IMG/VR virus record: IMGVR_UViG_3300031788_000005
Coordinates: 19,068-83,067 of that record
Length of the DNA: 64,000 nucleotides
Direction: 5' to 3' (one strand)
DNA from: a virus
The notes under the pieces: generated by a model
What the model saw: only the letters and a program-made list of their open reading frames with translations
Database searches by the model: none
Told to the model about the DNA's origin: nothing
Shown here: positions 36,112 to 45,588 of the stretch, in pieces
Position numbering within the stretch: position 1 is the stretch's first letter
Layout of the letters: the number at the start of each line of letters is the position of its first letter
Translations under genes and position numbers: made by a program

Positions 36112-37138
36112 GTAATAATTCAATTTACACCATCCATCAAAATTTGTCAATTATTATCTTCAATATTATCTCCCCACCAAAAAACATCCGATTTGCTACC
36201 AAAGAAATTAGCTCCACCAAGTTCTATACTTAATTGCAAATTAGTATTATAGGTAAAATTAAAATAAGGAGGCATTTCATCTACTTGTAATGTTACAAAA
36301 ATACACTTCTTGGGGAGTTTATATGATGCAGAATTAATCGTTATTGGCGTTTGAATCATGCCGTGATTTAATGCTACGCGGCAGGTCTCGCGGAGACCAT
36401 CCAAATATCCCTGCTCATAAGTATGTTTCGGGTCAACGGTTGTTTTGCTACATCCCGCAAATAGCAGGACGGCAATTAGTAGTATTATATTTTTCATATT
36501 TATTTTTTAATCATGAATTTTTTAATGCGTTTTAAAAAAGCATCCAGATTTTCATTTTCTTTTACAATGTGGTCGTGGTCGTAATATGCTCCGTCGCCCT
36601 TGGTATTAAAATCTAATTCTTGGACTTCACAAGGAATATTCGAAAATTTCAGGAATTCTTTTATACCTTCAAATTTGTAAGAGAGTTTAGTATGATAATC
36701 GTCTCCTTCATCAAACTTTTTTCCGTCAACAAAAATGATGTAATACGCATCATATGACACATCCAATGTTACTAATGTTAATTTCATAAAATTATTATTT
36801 TCAAGGAATTTTTAAATCGAATTTAGGTACTTTTACGTTTTTATCAGGCTTTAATTTTTGTTGGTGTATTTTGGATAATTTTTCTCTCAATTCATAAACC
36901 TCTAATGCCAAACCAATTACCAGATTATCTCCCACTAAATCACGCCATTTTTCGCCATACCTTAAGGCTTCACCACCGCCATTTTTCCAATGTTGGACAG
37001 TATATTTTCCATCGCAGATAGTCACTTCCCAATCAATTTCTTTTTCGGTAACGGGTTCCCATGGACTTGGACTGACTATACATCCACATTTAAAAGTCTC
37101 TGGATTAACAATTTGTTTACAACGTTTGCATTTCCATT

Positions 37139-37318
37139 TCATTTGTCAATTATCGTTTCACCATCTTGAGCATAGTTCCATCCTTTTGGGAGATTTTTGC
37201 CAGTTTCTTCCATAAAACGCTCGTTCATGGCATCAATAATATCTGATTCGGCGGGGCCGAAGTCGGCATGATGACGAAACCATTCTAAGTATTCTAAATT
37301 AGTTGCTCTTTTTCTCAT
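37139..37318 (-). CDS. 59-aa protein MRKRATNLEYLEWFRHHADFGPAE... (paralog of 42771-42920)
   Basis: Translated by hand; shared LEYL.WFR..ADFGPA and ETGK..P.GW. Confidence 0.75.
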   Translation of the reverse strand: MRKRATNLEYLEWFRHHADFGPAESDIIDAMNERFMEETGKNLPKGWNYAQDGETIIDK

Positions 37319-38223
37319 AATTATTTATCAAATCCCAATTCAAGACTATATTCTGCTTCTTCAAGGTAATTTTTCTCTTTTTCCAAAAAGTTTTCCGCTC
37401 GTATGACTTCTTCCTTTAATCGGGAATATTCTTTTTCTAAATTAGCCTTTTCTTGCTCAACTATGGCGTAGGATTTTTTATATCCTTCTTCAAGATTTGT
37501 TTTAGCTTCACGGAGTTTAGATTCGGCGTCTTTTACGTCGATTTTAGCTCGGACAACTCTGGCTTGTTTGTCGGTCATGATTTCCTCCAATTAGGATACT
37601 CTGGATACTCTGATTGACTTCCTAGAGTGCTATTACCCATTAGTCGGGTAGGGCATAATCGGCGACTACAACATTGCCATTTTTGTTCCATAGTTTTCAA
37701 AATTAGCGTTGCATTGTGGGCAGCAGCCTTGTATTGCAGGGCATCCATTTGGATGAATCGGACAATTTCCGTCACCATCGGTATCTAGTTCGCATCCTTT
37801 CATAATCATAAATAAGGGTTTTCCTCTTCGCAGATTGGGCAGATTTTCCAATTATTTGCAGTTAAACCACAGGGGGCTTCGTCAGTTTTAAATGACCATC
37901 CTCCCGCTTCGGGAAATGATTCGCGACCGCAAAAAAAAACTTCCTCTCCAGCAGCACGACTCCAAAAATGGATATGTTTACACCATTTAGGCTTATTGCC
38001 GGATAAGTCTTGTTTAATTAATTGATTAATTGTCATTTATAACTTTCCCCCGCTTCTTGGGTTGGTTGACCGCATGTTGGACAGAGTAACGCGGAATTAA
38101 CATCACGTTCCGATTCATAAGAATAATCGCATCTAAAACACTTCCAAATTATCCTATGTTCATGATTTCTTTCCCACTGGTATTGAAAATCATCATCCCT
38201 ACCATAATCTTTATAATCGTAAC

Positions 38224-38658
38224 TCATATATTAAATTCCTCAATTTCCCCATCAGGAAATACAATCATACCTTTTTTCTTTACTTTTTTAGAAAATCGAA
38301 CTGTACTCCACGTTCCAGACCTTAACTGTTCTTCTTTTTCTTTCGGGGCCGCAATTAAGAAATCACAATTATTAACAATATCATGATTTCTTTCAAGGTA
38401 GGGTTTCGGAATTAGTTGTATATCATACTTACAGAAGGCTCTATGAGCCTTAATATTGGGTACATGCCCAAATGTTTTGATTTTTTGAAAATTTTTATTT
38501 GCATTTGCTAAGGTAATTAGGTCGTAGAATTCGCGGTCGCTTCCAGAGCAATCACCGCTATGACTTTCTGTTATATAATGTTCGGCGATAAAAAGGGCAA
38601 CTTTTAGTAATTGCATGGGTGTCATTCCATCGCGGGTTCCAGTAAATCCTAGTTTCAT
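38224..38658 (-). CDS. SLOG/DprA-like nucleotide-binding protein
   Basis: GFTGTRDGM, HSGDC.GSD, RNHDIV, RSGTWSTVR. Confidence 0.7.
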   Translation of the reverse strand: MKLGFTGTRDGMTPMQLLKVALFIAEHYITESHSGDCSGSDREFYDLITLANANKNFQKIKTFGHVPNIKAHRAFCKYDIQLIPKPYLERNHDIVNNCDFLIAAPKEKEEQLRSGTWSTVRFSKKVKKKGMIVFPDGEIEEFNI

Positions 38659-38985
38659 AATTATTTTTTTAAAAAAGCAGAAATTGTTTGTTCCTGATTC
38701 TTATTTCTAAAAGAAATACTTGGTCGCCATGGCAAACAGCCCATCGTCCAAAGTGTCGGCAGATGCTCTTTTTTAGTTACCTCAGAAATGTTTGAAATAC
38801 CTATCTGTTTTGATTCAAGGGCTTGTGAAACTATTTCACCTTTATTTGCGCGAAAAGCAGACTCAACACATTTATATGGGTCTTCGTCATAAAGGTTTTC
38901 TACTACAATTTCGGTTTTAATGGTGATTTTCGCTCGAATCAGTTTGGACTTCATATCCTTATGATTACATATCCTTCAAAAAATG

Positions 38986-39285
38986 TCAAGCGCAAACATC
39001 AATTGAAGAGACCCATATGGTGTGCTGCAATAAATATGTACATGAAATTTCCCATACCATAATATCCCCTTGGTAAAGTTCTTGGCCCTTGTCGTCGTAT
39101 TCGCCAAAAAATTGTTGAACTACCGCTGGTACAAAATTAAAATCCCAAGGGGGAATCCAAATTTTATTATTGTCCCAGATAATCATATTGTTCACATGAT
39201 GAACATAAAAATGCCCCGAAGAGTCGGGGTATCGGTAAGATTGGTCTTGTTCACTAAATAACCTTATTTTTTTGATATTTTTCAT
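38986..39285 (-). CDS. YopX-like protein (degenerate)
   Basis: QQFFGEYDDKGQELYQGDI. Confidence 0.5.
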   Translation of the reverse strand: MKNIKKIRLFSEQDQSYRYPDSSGHFYVHHVNNMIIWDNNKIWIPPWDFNFVPAVVQQFFGEYDDKGQELYQGDIMVWEISCTYLLQHTIWVSSIDVCA

Positions 39286-39360
39286 ATTATCAATAATAAT
39301 ACTATTTTCTTTTTAAGTCCATAAGGTGTTTCCCCCATATAAAAAAGTGTAATTTTTATT

Positions 39361-39618
39361 ATGAGCAAATCCATTGGTGATTTTTGGGAAAAACATAAGA
39401 CCCTCGCACAGATTATTGCGATTCTAGGGGTCGTTGCTGGTATTTATGGCAACCATTACGAAACTTCTCAAAATTCAGATATTATTCAAGGCCAGAATAA
39501 TTGGATGAAAGACGTTATTAAAGAACAAGCGCGGGAAATCCAATCATTAGAAATTTCCAACGCCGTTCAAGAACAGCAAATTTGTGATTTGAAGGAATTT
39601 TATTTAAATAAAAAATAA
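39361..39618 (+). CDS. small membrane protein with coiled coil
   Basis: N-terminal TM helix; GTGTAAT-7nt-ATG. Confidence 0.6.
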   Translation: MSKSIGDFWEKHKTLAQIIAILGVVAGIYGNHYETSQNSDIIQGQNNWMKDVIKEQAREIQSLEISNAVQEQQICDLKEFYLNKK

Positions 39619-39621
39619 AAA

Positions 39622-40440
39622 TTAAACACCTTCAATTATCTGATTGACAGCCGCTACCACCTTTTTCTTATCTGTGCAATACAGTCCAGCCGACGAGAAA
39701 GACGTTAATTCTCCTAACCAAAAAGAATTATCTCCATCTTGAAAAATATCCACACAGAAAATGGGGTCAGGATAATATCCAACTTCCAGAATTTGTTTGC
39801 ATTTTTCAGTAGCTCCCAAGGGGGCGCTTGGAATTAATGTTTTCTTTCCTTGATATTGGTAAGTAGAACAGGAAATAATATCTTTTTTAGTACAAACAAA
39901 ACGCCATTCACCCATAATTTTCTTGGGTGTCGAAACGATGACAATATCAGAACTGGAACAATTACCGCCGCCACTAGTAGCGTTATCCCAAAATCTATCA
40001 AAGTCTTGTAAATCAAGTAACTGGGCTTGAAAAGTCTTTTCGCCGCTATCAGGACGAATAAAGATTAAGGCTTCCCTACCGAACTTTTGATAATAATCAA
40101 ATTTGAATTCTTTTAAATTACCAATGAATGTAAATTCATTAAAATCATTAAATAGCAAGTCTTTAAAATAAGGATAATATGACGAGCAAAGATACTTCTC
40201 CCATGAAGAATATGCAACAGGATGACATCCTTTGGGAAGTCGGCTGGCAATATTTTTAGTCATTTGAATAGAACCCTGTACGATAACAAGGTCATTTTCC
40301 TCAAATCCTGATGGGTCGAAATCAAAGTGATTATTCTTATCAATAACAAAACAATACCGCCCCGAATCGCGGACGGCTTGAATAAGGTCGCGGTAGTCTT
40401 CAGAATCAGTGAAATTTTCTATGATATATTTAACTTTCAT
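39622..40440 (-). CDS. ATP-grasp domain protein (DUF4343/R2K-like)
   Basis: FIRPDSGEKTF, EWRFV, VDI, ELTSFSSAGLY. Confidence 0.8.
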   Translation of the reverse strand: MKVKYIIENFTDSEDYRDLIQAVRDSGRYCFVIDKNNHFDFDPSGFEENDLVIVQGSIQMTKNIASRLPKGCHPVAYSSWEKYLCSSYYPYFKDLLFNDFNEFTFIGNLKEFKFDYYQKFGREALIFIRPDSGEKTFQAQLLDLQDFDRFWDNATSGGGNCSSSDIVIVSTPKKIMGEWRFVCTKKDIISCSTYQYQGKKTLIPSAPLGATEKCKQILEVGYYPDPIFCVDIFQDGDNSFWLGELTSFSSAGLYCTDKKKVVAAVNQIIEGV

Positions 40441-40486
40441 ACAAGAATGTTAACGTAATTATTAAATAATGTCAAGTATAAACAAA

Positions 40487-40517
40487 GAAAGCCCCCAAGA
40501 ATTAACTTGGGAGCTTT
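40487..40517 (-). terminator. intrinsic terminator
   Basis: AAAGCTCCCAAG..CTTGGGGGCTTT stem plus U-rich tail. Confidence 0.6.
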
Positions 40518-40535
40518 GGGTATCGGTTTAAATTA

Positions 40536-40973
40536 TTATTGAACGTTCCAGTGAACACCGTCTCCAAAAAAGAAACGGGTTGTTCCCGAAGGAATTGTGA
40601 ATCCTGATGTAAGTGTTCCAGTGTTGAAGAAAACAATACCAGTAGTAACACCGGATACCGCCAATCCACCACCTTTAGAAGTAATACTTAGTTCTTGTCC
40701 AATAACCACTTGTGGGAAAAGACCAGTTGATACACCAGCGCCACTTCCTACAACATAGGAATATCCTCCTACAATTCCACTCATTGAACCAGTCAAGATT
40801 AGTGGTGGATTAATATAACTGCCATAATTATTAATACCGCCGCCAGTGTTGAGATTTAGTACGCCGGAAACGTCAAAGGCATATTGTGGGTTGGAATTAT
40901 TAATACCAAATTGTCCTGCGTCGGTGACTGTTAGACCAGCACCTGATGTATATTGAATGGTTTCTTTTGACAT
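40536..40973 (-). CDS. Gly/Ser/Thr-rich putative virion (fibre-like) protein
   Basis: GINNSNP...DVSG repeat, DGVHW end; GTGTAAT motif upstream. Confidence 0.5.
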   Translation of the reverse strand: MSKETIQYTSGAGLTVTDAGQFGINNSNPQYAFDVSGVLNLNTGGGINNYGSYINPPLILTGSMSGIVGGYSYVVGSGAGVSTGLFPQVVIGQELSITSKGGGLAVSGVTTGIVFFNTGTLTSGFTIPSGTTRFFFGDGVHWNVQ

Positions 40974-41069
40974 ATATACTTTATATTACACAGAAAAAGA
41001 ATAAAATTGAGAAAATTTTTGAAATAGTTATAATAGACTAATTAATAATAACTAAGAAAGGTAAAAGTT

Positions 41070-41161
41070 TGGCGGTTCGCAGATATCACGCTTACCAGAC
41101 GGGTTTTAACCGTCCCAATAGCTTTCCAAGCTACGCTGGTGCCTCGACCAGTTTACGAACC
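41070..41161 (-). tRNA. tRNA-Ser(GGA)
   Basis: GTAGC-TTGGAAA-GCTAT, long variable arm, G73, CCA. Confidence 0.8.
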
Positions 41162-41165
41162 AAAA

Positions 41166-41259
41166 TGGCGGATAAGTAAAGTGCCGACCTCTATCCGTGG
41201 TATTAGCACGAATCACCTGCTTTCAAAGCAGAGGCCATCGCCGGATGGCTAACCTATCC
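41166..41259 (-). tRNA. tRNA-Ser(TGA)
   Basis: TCTGC-TTTGAAA-GCAGG, long variable arm, GCCA. Confidence 0.85.
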
Positions 41260-41791
41260 AAATTATAAAAAATTTATTTTATCTAAATTTATTTTTGGAT
41301 TAATAATAGTTTCCCCAATTTCCGTAGTCGCTAGAAATTTCCTAACTTCTTGGATTTTACTTTTATTACCCTCCCCATATTCAATCAACGCCTGCATGGT
41401 TTGATGTTCACAAATAAATTTTACATCGGAGGGAATATATTTTTCCCATAGTTTTTTAAATTGTTTATATTTCATAATATTCTAATTCAGCTATTCTTCT
41501 GGCCGCTTTTTTATCTACTCGCAAACAACGCCTTCTATGGGTTGTGTCTTTAGATTTTCGCCTTCCAGATATGCCTTTTAAAAAAGATTTACTGCTATAC
41601 GGTTTCATAATATTATTGGGTAAATTTTAGATTTGTCTTTCTGCAACTCCTTCCACATCAAAACCTGCTGACAAGCATGAATTCCATCGCGGAAATAACG
41701 TTGGTGGTCGGGATGGGTTTGTGGCAAAAGGATAAATTTATCCCACGCTTCGACAAGACATTGCATTATTTCTTTTTCCTCATTCATAAAT

Positions 41792-41864
41792 TGGTGAATC
41801 CTTGATGGCTCACACACCACAAGCGGTTTGCCGCAGTCGTCTTTCTCATTGCAGACGAGGACTC
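41792..41864 (-). ncRNA. tRNA-like RNA with a 4-nt loop in place of an anticodon loop
   Basis: GAGTCCT/AGGATTC-ACCA; D-like and T-like arms; GCGG-CAAA-CCGC. Confidence 0.55.
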
Positions 41865-41870
41865 GTAAAT

Positions 41871-41957
41871 TGGCGGATAATTACCCTCCTGCCGAGTAAA
41901 CCTTTCGGTTCGCACCGTTTTCGAAACGGGCCTAGAAACTTTTCTAGTTAATTATCC
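41871..41957 (-). tRNA. tRNA-Ser(CGA)
   Basis: CCGT-TTCGAAA-ACGG, long variable arm, GCCA. Confidence 0.85.
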
Positions 41958-42403
41958 AAATCATTGGTCTCCATCCATTAAAGTTTGTAACGTCAAAGCT
42001 GCTAGATTTGCTTTGGTAGGCCGTTCAATACCGCAGATGGGACACATTTTCCAAGATTTTGGAATATCCCTGTGTAATGAGTCCATCCACCAAGAATAGC
42101 GCCTATTTCCATCAATATATTCATGGAGATATTTAATATGGTCACACCAAGTTTTCATAAAGCCGCTTGCCAGAATGTATCGACTGCCCCAATCATAGTC
42201 CCTGATAAAACCCAAAAATCACCTTCTGCTCGTGGATATGGATTAGGGATAATCTCTACTTCATGTTCTCCCGCTGACAATGGCACTATGATATCTCGCG
42301 GTAGACGCATTTTAGATGCATCAATTAAATTTAATATTCTAGTCGTAATTACTTTCATTAATTTAAGCTTAACAAATTTTTCATTCAAAGTCAAGAAAAA
42401 AAA

Positions 42404-42478
42404 TGGAGGCTAATCAGGGATTTGTTTCGCCCTGTCTTGTAATTTACGAAATTACTGTGCATACAACACCTAAAAGCC
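42404..42478 (-). tRNA. tRNA-Thr(CGT), atypical
   Basis: GTAAT-TTCGTAA-ATTAC; imperfect acceptor; enlarged T-loop. Confidence 0.6.
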
Positions 42479-42483
42479 GAAAG

Positions 42484-42558
42484 TGGAGGACAAGCCGGAA
42501 TTTACATCCGATTCCCAATTTTACCAAAATTGAATTTTATTACATAAACTACAAGTCC
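42484..42558 (-). tRNA. tRNA-Thr(GGT)
   Basis: CAATT-TTGGTAA-AATTG; mismatched acceptor; CCA. Confidence 0.7.
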
Positions 42559-42572
42559 AAAAAATCATAAAT

Positions 42573-42651
42573 TGGTGCTGCGGACAGGAGTTGAACCTGC
42601 ATTATTCCAATTATGCGCTTCCTCTTTAGGAAAGAGTGCCATTACCGCAGC
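42573..42651 (-). tRNA. D-armless tRNA-Arg(CCT)
   Basis: GCTGCGG/CCGCAGC-ACCA, CTCT-TTCCTAA-AGAG, GCAGG-TTCAACT-CCTGT. Confidence 0.65.
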
Positions 42652-42659
42652 GTAAAATC

Positions 42660-42767
42660 GTGCTGACTGTCTGTTGAGTTGGCAATCCCAATTAACGACC
42701 CGACAGCTAGGTGGCTCACTAAACGTGGTGTTCGGTAGCGAATCGAACGCGCCTTTGATATCAGCAC
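42660..42767 (-). ncRNA. permuted tRNA-like (YrlA-like) RNA, weaker copy
   Basis: GTGCTGA/TCAGCAC closing stem; GTTCGATT T-loop precedes an AATTGG D-loop-like segment. Confidence 0.45.
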
Positions 42768-42770
42768 AAA

Positions 42771-42920
42771 TTATTCGTCGTCCCAACCTTGAGGGACTTT
42801 CTTGCCCGTTTCCTTTTCAAACTGGCGGTGCATTTCGTAACGCACATCACCATCGGCAGGGCCAAAATCAGCGTTGATACGAAACCATTTAAGGTATTCA
42901 AGTTCTGTTGCTTCTTCCAT
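42771..42920 (-). CDS. 49-aa protein MEEATELEYLKWFRINADFGPAD... (paralog of 37139-37318)
   Basis: Translated by hand; TTGACA-17-TAATGT-6-ATG promoter. Confidence 0.75.
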   Translation of the reverse strand: MEEATELEYLKWFRINADFGPADGDVRYEMHRQFEKETGKKVPQGWDDE

Positions 42921-42961
42921 ACTCAAACATTATCATCAATGTCGGATTATGTCAAGCGAAA

Positions 42962-43052
42962 TGGAGGAAGGAGCAAATCCCGCCTTTGACACCCCTTTCA
43001 GGGTGCGATGTGTTTAGCAAACACTCCTAGAACCTCGTCTAGTTCACCTTCC
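42962..43052 (-). tRNA. tRNA-Ser(GCT)
   Basis: GTGT-TTGCTAA-ACAC, long variable arm. Confidence 0.8.
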
Positions 43053-43446
43053 ATTGTTCAAAGTTTTCTGCTAATTTTACATCTGGATGTCTTTTTGAAG
43101 CAGAAAAACTAAGATAAATTTTACTTTTACCGCGAGCCAAATGCAACGGAACAAAATAGACCTTATCATTTGCTGGATAATAAATGGCAAAATAATCTAT
43201 TTTGCCTTCGTAATCTTTGCTTACTTGCTGTCCCTTAATTTTGTAAGTAGATTTTCCATCAAATTCGATGCTGTTATTTACTTTTCGTCCTGTTTTTGTT
43301 TGGATGCGAATTAAATTATTATCGTCTTGAACGATTAAATCTACACCCGTATTTTCTCCAAATGGGAGAAATGCCGTTTTCCCTAATTCCAAAACTTTAG
43401 CTAAAACTTTGGCTTCAGAAATACTTCCTTTGCTTTTTGTGTTCAT
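43039..43446 (-). CDS. PD-(D/E)XK endonuclease (PDDEXK_5-like)
   Basis: KG.ISE, PFGEN..VDLI, RIQTKT, IDYFAIY. Confidence 0.8.
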   Translation of the reverse strand: MNTKSKGSISEAKVLAKVLELGKTAFLPFGENTGVDLIVQDDNNLIRIQTKTGRKVNNSIEFDGKSTYKIKGQQVSKDYEGKIDYFAIYYPANDKVYFVPLHLARGKSKIYLSFSASKRHPDVKLAENFEQWKVN

Positions 43447-43486
43447 GTCTATCTAGTAATACACTAGACACGTTTCATTGGGAAAT

Positions 43487-43571
43487 TGGTCGCAATGGTG
43501 GGACTTCCACCCACAAAGGTCGGAGATTTTAAGTTTCCATGCTCTTGTATTCGCTGTCAACCCACATTGCG
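43487..43571 (-). tRNA. tRNA-Leu(TAA), short variable loop and enlarged D region
   Basis: CGCAATG/CATTGCG-ACCA; loop CTTAAAA. Confidence 0.65.
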
Positions 43572-43659
43572 TTGAAATTGGTGTGTTCTTTCCCACCGTC
43601 AGCAGCCAAGGGAGCGGCTTTACCAGCCATCCTCGGTATCGTTTTGTGCGAACGTATAT

Positions 43660-43737
43660 TGGTGCGCCCCCTCGGTAATGCTCCGAGTCCTATCGGGTAA
43701 GAGCCGATTGCTTGCCACTATTAGAGCTTGGAACGCA
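43660..43737 (-). tRNA. tRNA-Lys(CTT)
   Basis: ATCGG-CTCTTAC-CCGAT. Confidence 0.85.
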
Positions 43738-43742
43738 GTAAA

Positions 43743-43818
43743 TGGTTGTCGTGACAGGTGCCGACCCTGCTAAATTCTCCATGTAAAGGAGATAATCATG
43801 CCGATGATACTCACGACA
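43743..43818 (-). tRNA. tRNA-Val(TAC)
   Basis: TCTCC-TTTACAT-GGAGA. Confidence 0.8.
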
Positions 43819-43824
43819 GTAAAA

Positions 43825-43899
43825 TGGATGCCTGTGATGGTGCTGCCCCATCGCCTCGACTTTCAGAGAGTCGCGAACTACTGTTATTCAGAACAGGCA
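43825..43899 (-). tRNA. tRNA-Gln(CTG)
   Basis: CGACT-CTCTGAA-AGTCG; U1-A72. Confidence 0.85.
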
Positions 43900-44366
43900 A
43901 TAAAATTACTTTTCTTGTAATGATTCAGAATGACCGCATTGTGGACATTTCCAACATCTAACAAGTTTTCCTTCTGAATAATGAGTGTATTCTGTTTTAA
44001 TATTTTCATCAACAAAATCAACAGACTCACCCAATTTTAAATTAATTTTGCAGTATTTACATTTTTTATTTTTCATAAATTTAAAATCTCAACAAAAAGG
44101 TTAATTCTTCGCTGAGAATCCAAGGTATATTACTACCCTTGAAAACCCCTATGGTGCACTTTAACCATTCCCCTTGCAAAAAGAACAAGCGTTAAGGGTA
44201 CTAAATCTCTCTAATCCACTCCGTAACTGGAATAAATTTTTCACATTTACAATTAGGACATTTTTTAAAAACCTCGTCTAAATTAAAAATCTCAGAACAT
44301 CCTATGCATTTTTTGAAATTTTGCAATCTTGGTTTAATTTTGTAATAATCTTTGATTTTCATAAAA

Positions 44367-44441
44367 TGGAGCCAAGCCTCGGTAATGCTCCGAGTTCTCT
44401 CGATTACAAGTCGAGTGCATCACTTTGTATGCTTGCAAGGC
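44367..44441 (-). tRNA. tRNA-Thr(TGT)
   Basis: CTCGA-CTTGTAA-TCGAG. Confidence 0.85.
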
Positions 44442-44446
44442 GAAAT

Positions 44447-44522
44447 TGGTGCATCCTGTCGGAACTGCCCCGACATCCCATTCCTTAAGAGGGAAGGCTC
44501 TATCTCGCTGAGTTAAGGATGC
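44447..44522 (-). tRNA. tRNA-Lys(CTT), second copy with an Arg-like body
   Basis: TTCC-CTCTTAA-GGAA; GCATCC acceptor; GATAGAG D-loop. Confidence 0.75.
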
Positions 44523-44791
44523 AAAATTATTAATATATTATTTAATTTCTAAATTATCTAGAACTTCTATTAGTTTAACATCCAAAATTTGGGCATCATC
44601 TTCTGTTAGAGAGCGGTCATAAATCAAACCTTTCGTAGGAGAACCGTATCTCCAATCTTTCCAGTATTTTTTACCATCTCTATCTTGCCAAATTGTTGTT
44701 CCACCGTCACGAATTGTATTAATTTTCTTAACCAAAATTTCTTGCATATTTTTATTATGAATGAAGTTTAGATTTTTGTCAAGGAGAAAAA

Positions 44792-44866
44792 TGGTCCCAG
44801 TAGAAGAAATTGCATCTTTAACTCCGAATGACTTATGAAATCACCGTTCCACTCTGGATTACTGGG
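44792..44866 (-). tRNA. atypical tRNA(CAT), Met/Ile2
   Basis: CCCAGTA/TACTGGG-ACCA; GGTGAT-TTCATAA-GTCATT; very small D arm. Confidence 0.55.
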
Positions 44867-44871
44867 AAAAA

Positions 44872-44947
44872 TGGTGGACATTTCGTGTTACGCTCACGAC
44901 TTTCAACTTTTTCAGAGTTGCACTTTCACTAGATTAGTTTAATGTCC
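44872..44947 (-). tRNA. tRNA-Phe(GAA)
   Basis: CAACT-CTGAAAA-AGTTG. Confidence 0.85.
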
Positions 44948-45340
44948 TTAAATTTTTAATTTATTTTCTATTTGGTCAAGATGTTTTCCCATAAATACTA
45001 GGATTTTATGAGATTGCTCTCTTGCAGCTTTCCATTTTAGTAAATCTTTTGGCTGAACATAACCCTTAGTTTCTACTCTTAAAATTTTATTGGAATTAGT
45101 TAAAATATCAAAATCTACTAAATAAGAATGTTTTTTGTTATCTTCACCAATATAAGGAATTCTTAATTTGGATTTACTCCAATCTAATATCATTCCTTTT
45201 TCTTTTAGTTTATCAAAAATAATACAAGCTCGATACTCATAAGACCCCTGTACTCGAATATTATTATATGTAAGCCATTTCGTTGTTCCACCAGAAACTT
45301 CTAAATTACCAGAAGAAAACATCTTTTTATTGGTAGCCAT
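44948..45340 (-). CDS. TnsA-like PD-(D/E)XK endonuclease (probably 5'-truncated)
   Basis: QGSYE, YLVDF, VETKG; ATG lies inside the tRNA-Arg acceptor stem. Confidence 0.7.
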   Translation of the reverse strand: MATNKKMFSSGNLEVSGGTTKWLTYNNIRVQGSYEYRACIIFDKLKEKGMILDWSKSKLRIPYIGEDNKKHSYLVDFDILTNSNKILRVETKGYVQPKDLLKWKAAREQSHKILVFMGKHLDQIENKLKI

Positions 45341-45406
45341 ACTCGGAATCCCACCGAGAACTAAGGATTAGAAGTCCCCTATGATATGTATTTTCACCAT
45401 ACGGCC
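45331..45406 (-). tRNA. tRNA-Arg(TCT)
   Basis: GGGGA-CTTCTAA-TCCTT. Confidence 0.85.
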
Positions 45407-45498
45407 AGAAATTATGATGGCATCCCATTTAGGAACACCACCAAACCCAAAGGCTCTATTGCAGAGTCAAATGCAAGGAAGAGTTACTGCGGAAGATA

Positions 45499-45588
45499 TG
45501 GTCGGTCTGCGGCGTAACGCTCGCCGTCTAGCTTATTAGGCAGTACCTGCGCCCAAGGCAGGTGGGTTCACTTTTTCCCTACAGACCG
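45499..45588 (-). tRNA. tRNA-Pro(TGG) with long variable region
   Basis: CGGTCTG/CAGACCG-ACCA; CCTGC-CTTGGGC-GCAGG. Confidence 0.8.

Noticed and set aside
177-40016. Most short plus-strand ORFs antisense to minus-strand genes
   Set aside because: Shadow ORFs with Phe/Ile/Leu/Ser-rich composition and no promoter motif.
43579-43657. Additional tRNA genes here and at 55796-55850
   Set aside because: They end in CCA but the acceptor and arms do not fold convincingly; probably decayed remnants.
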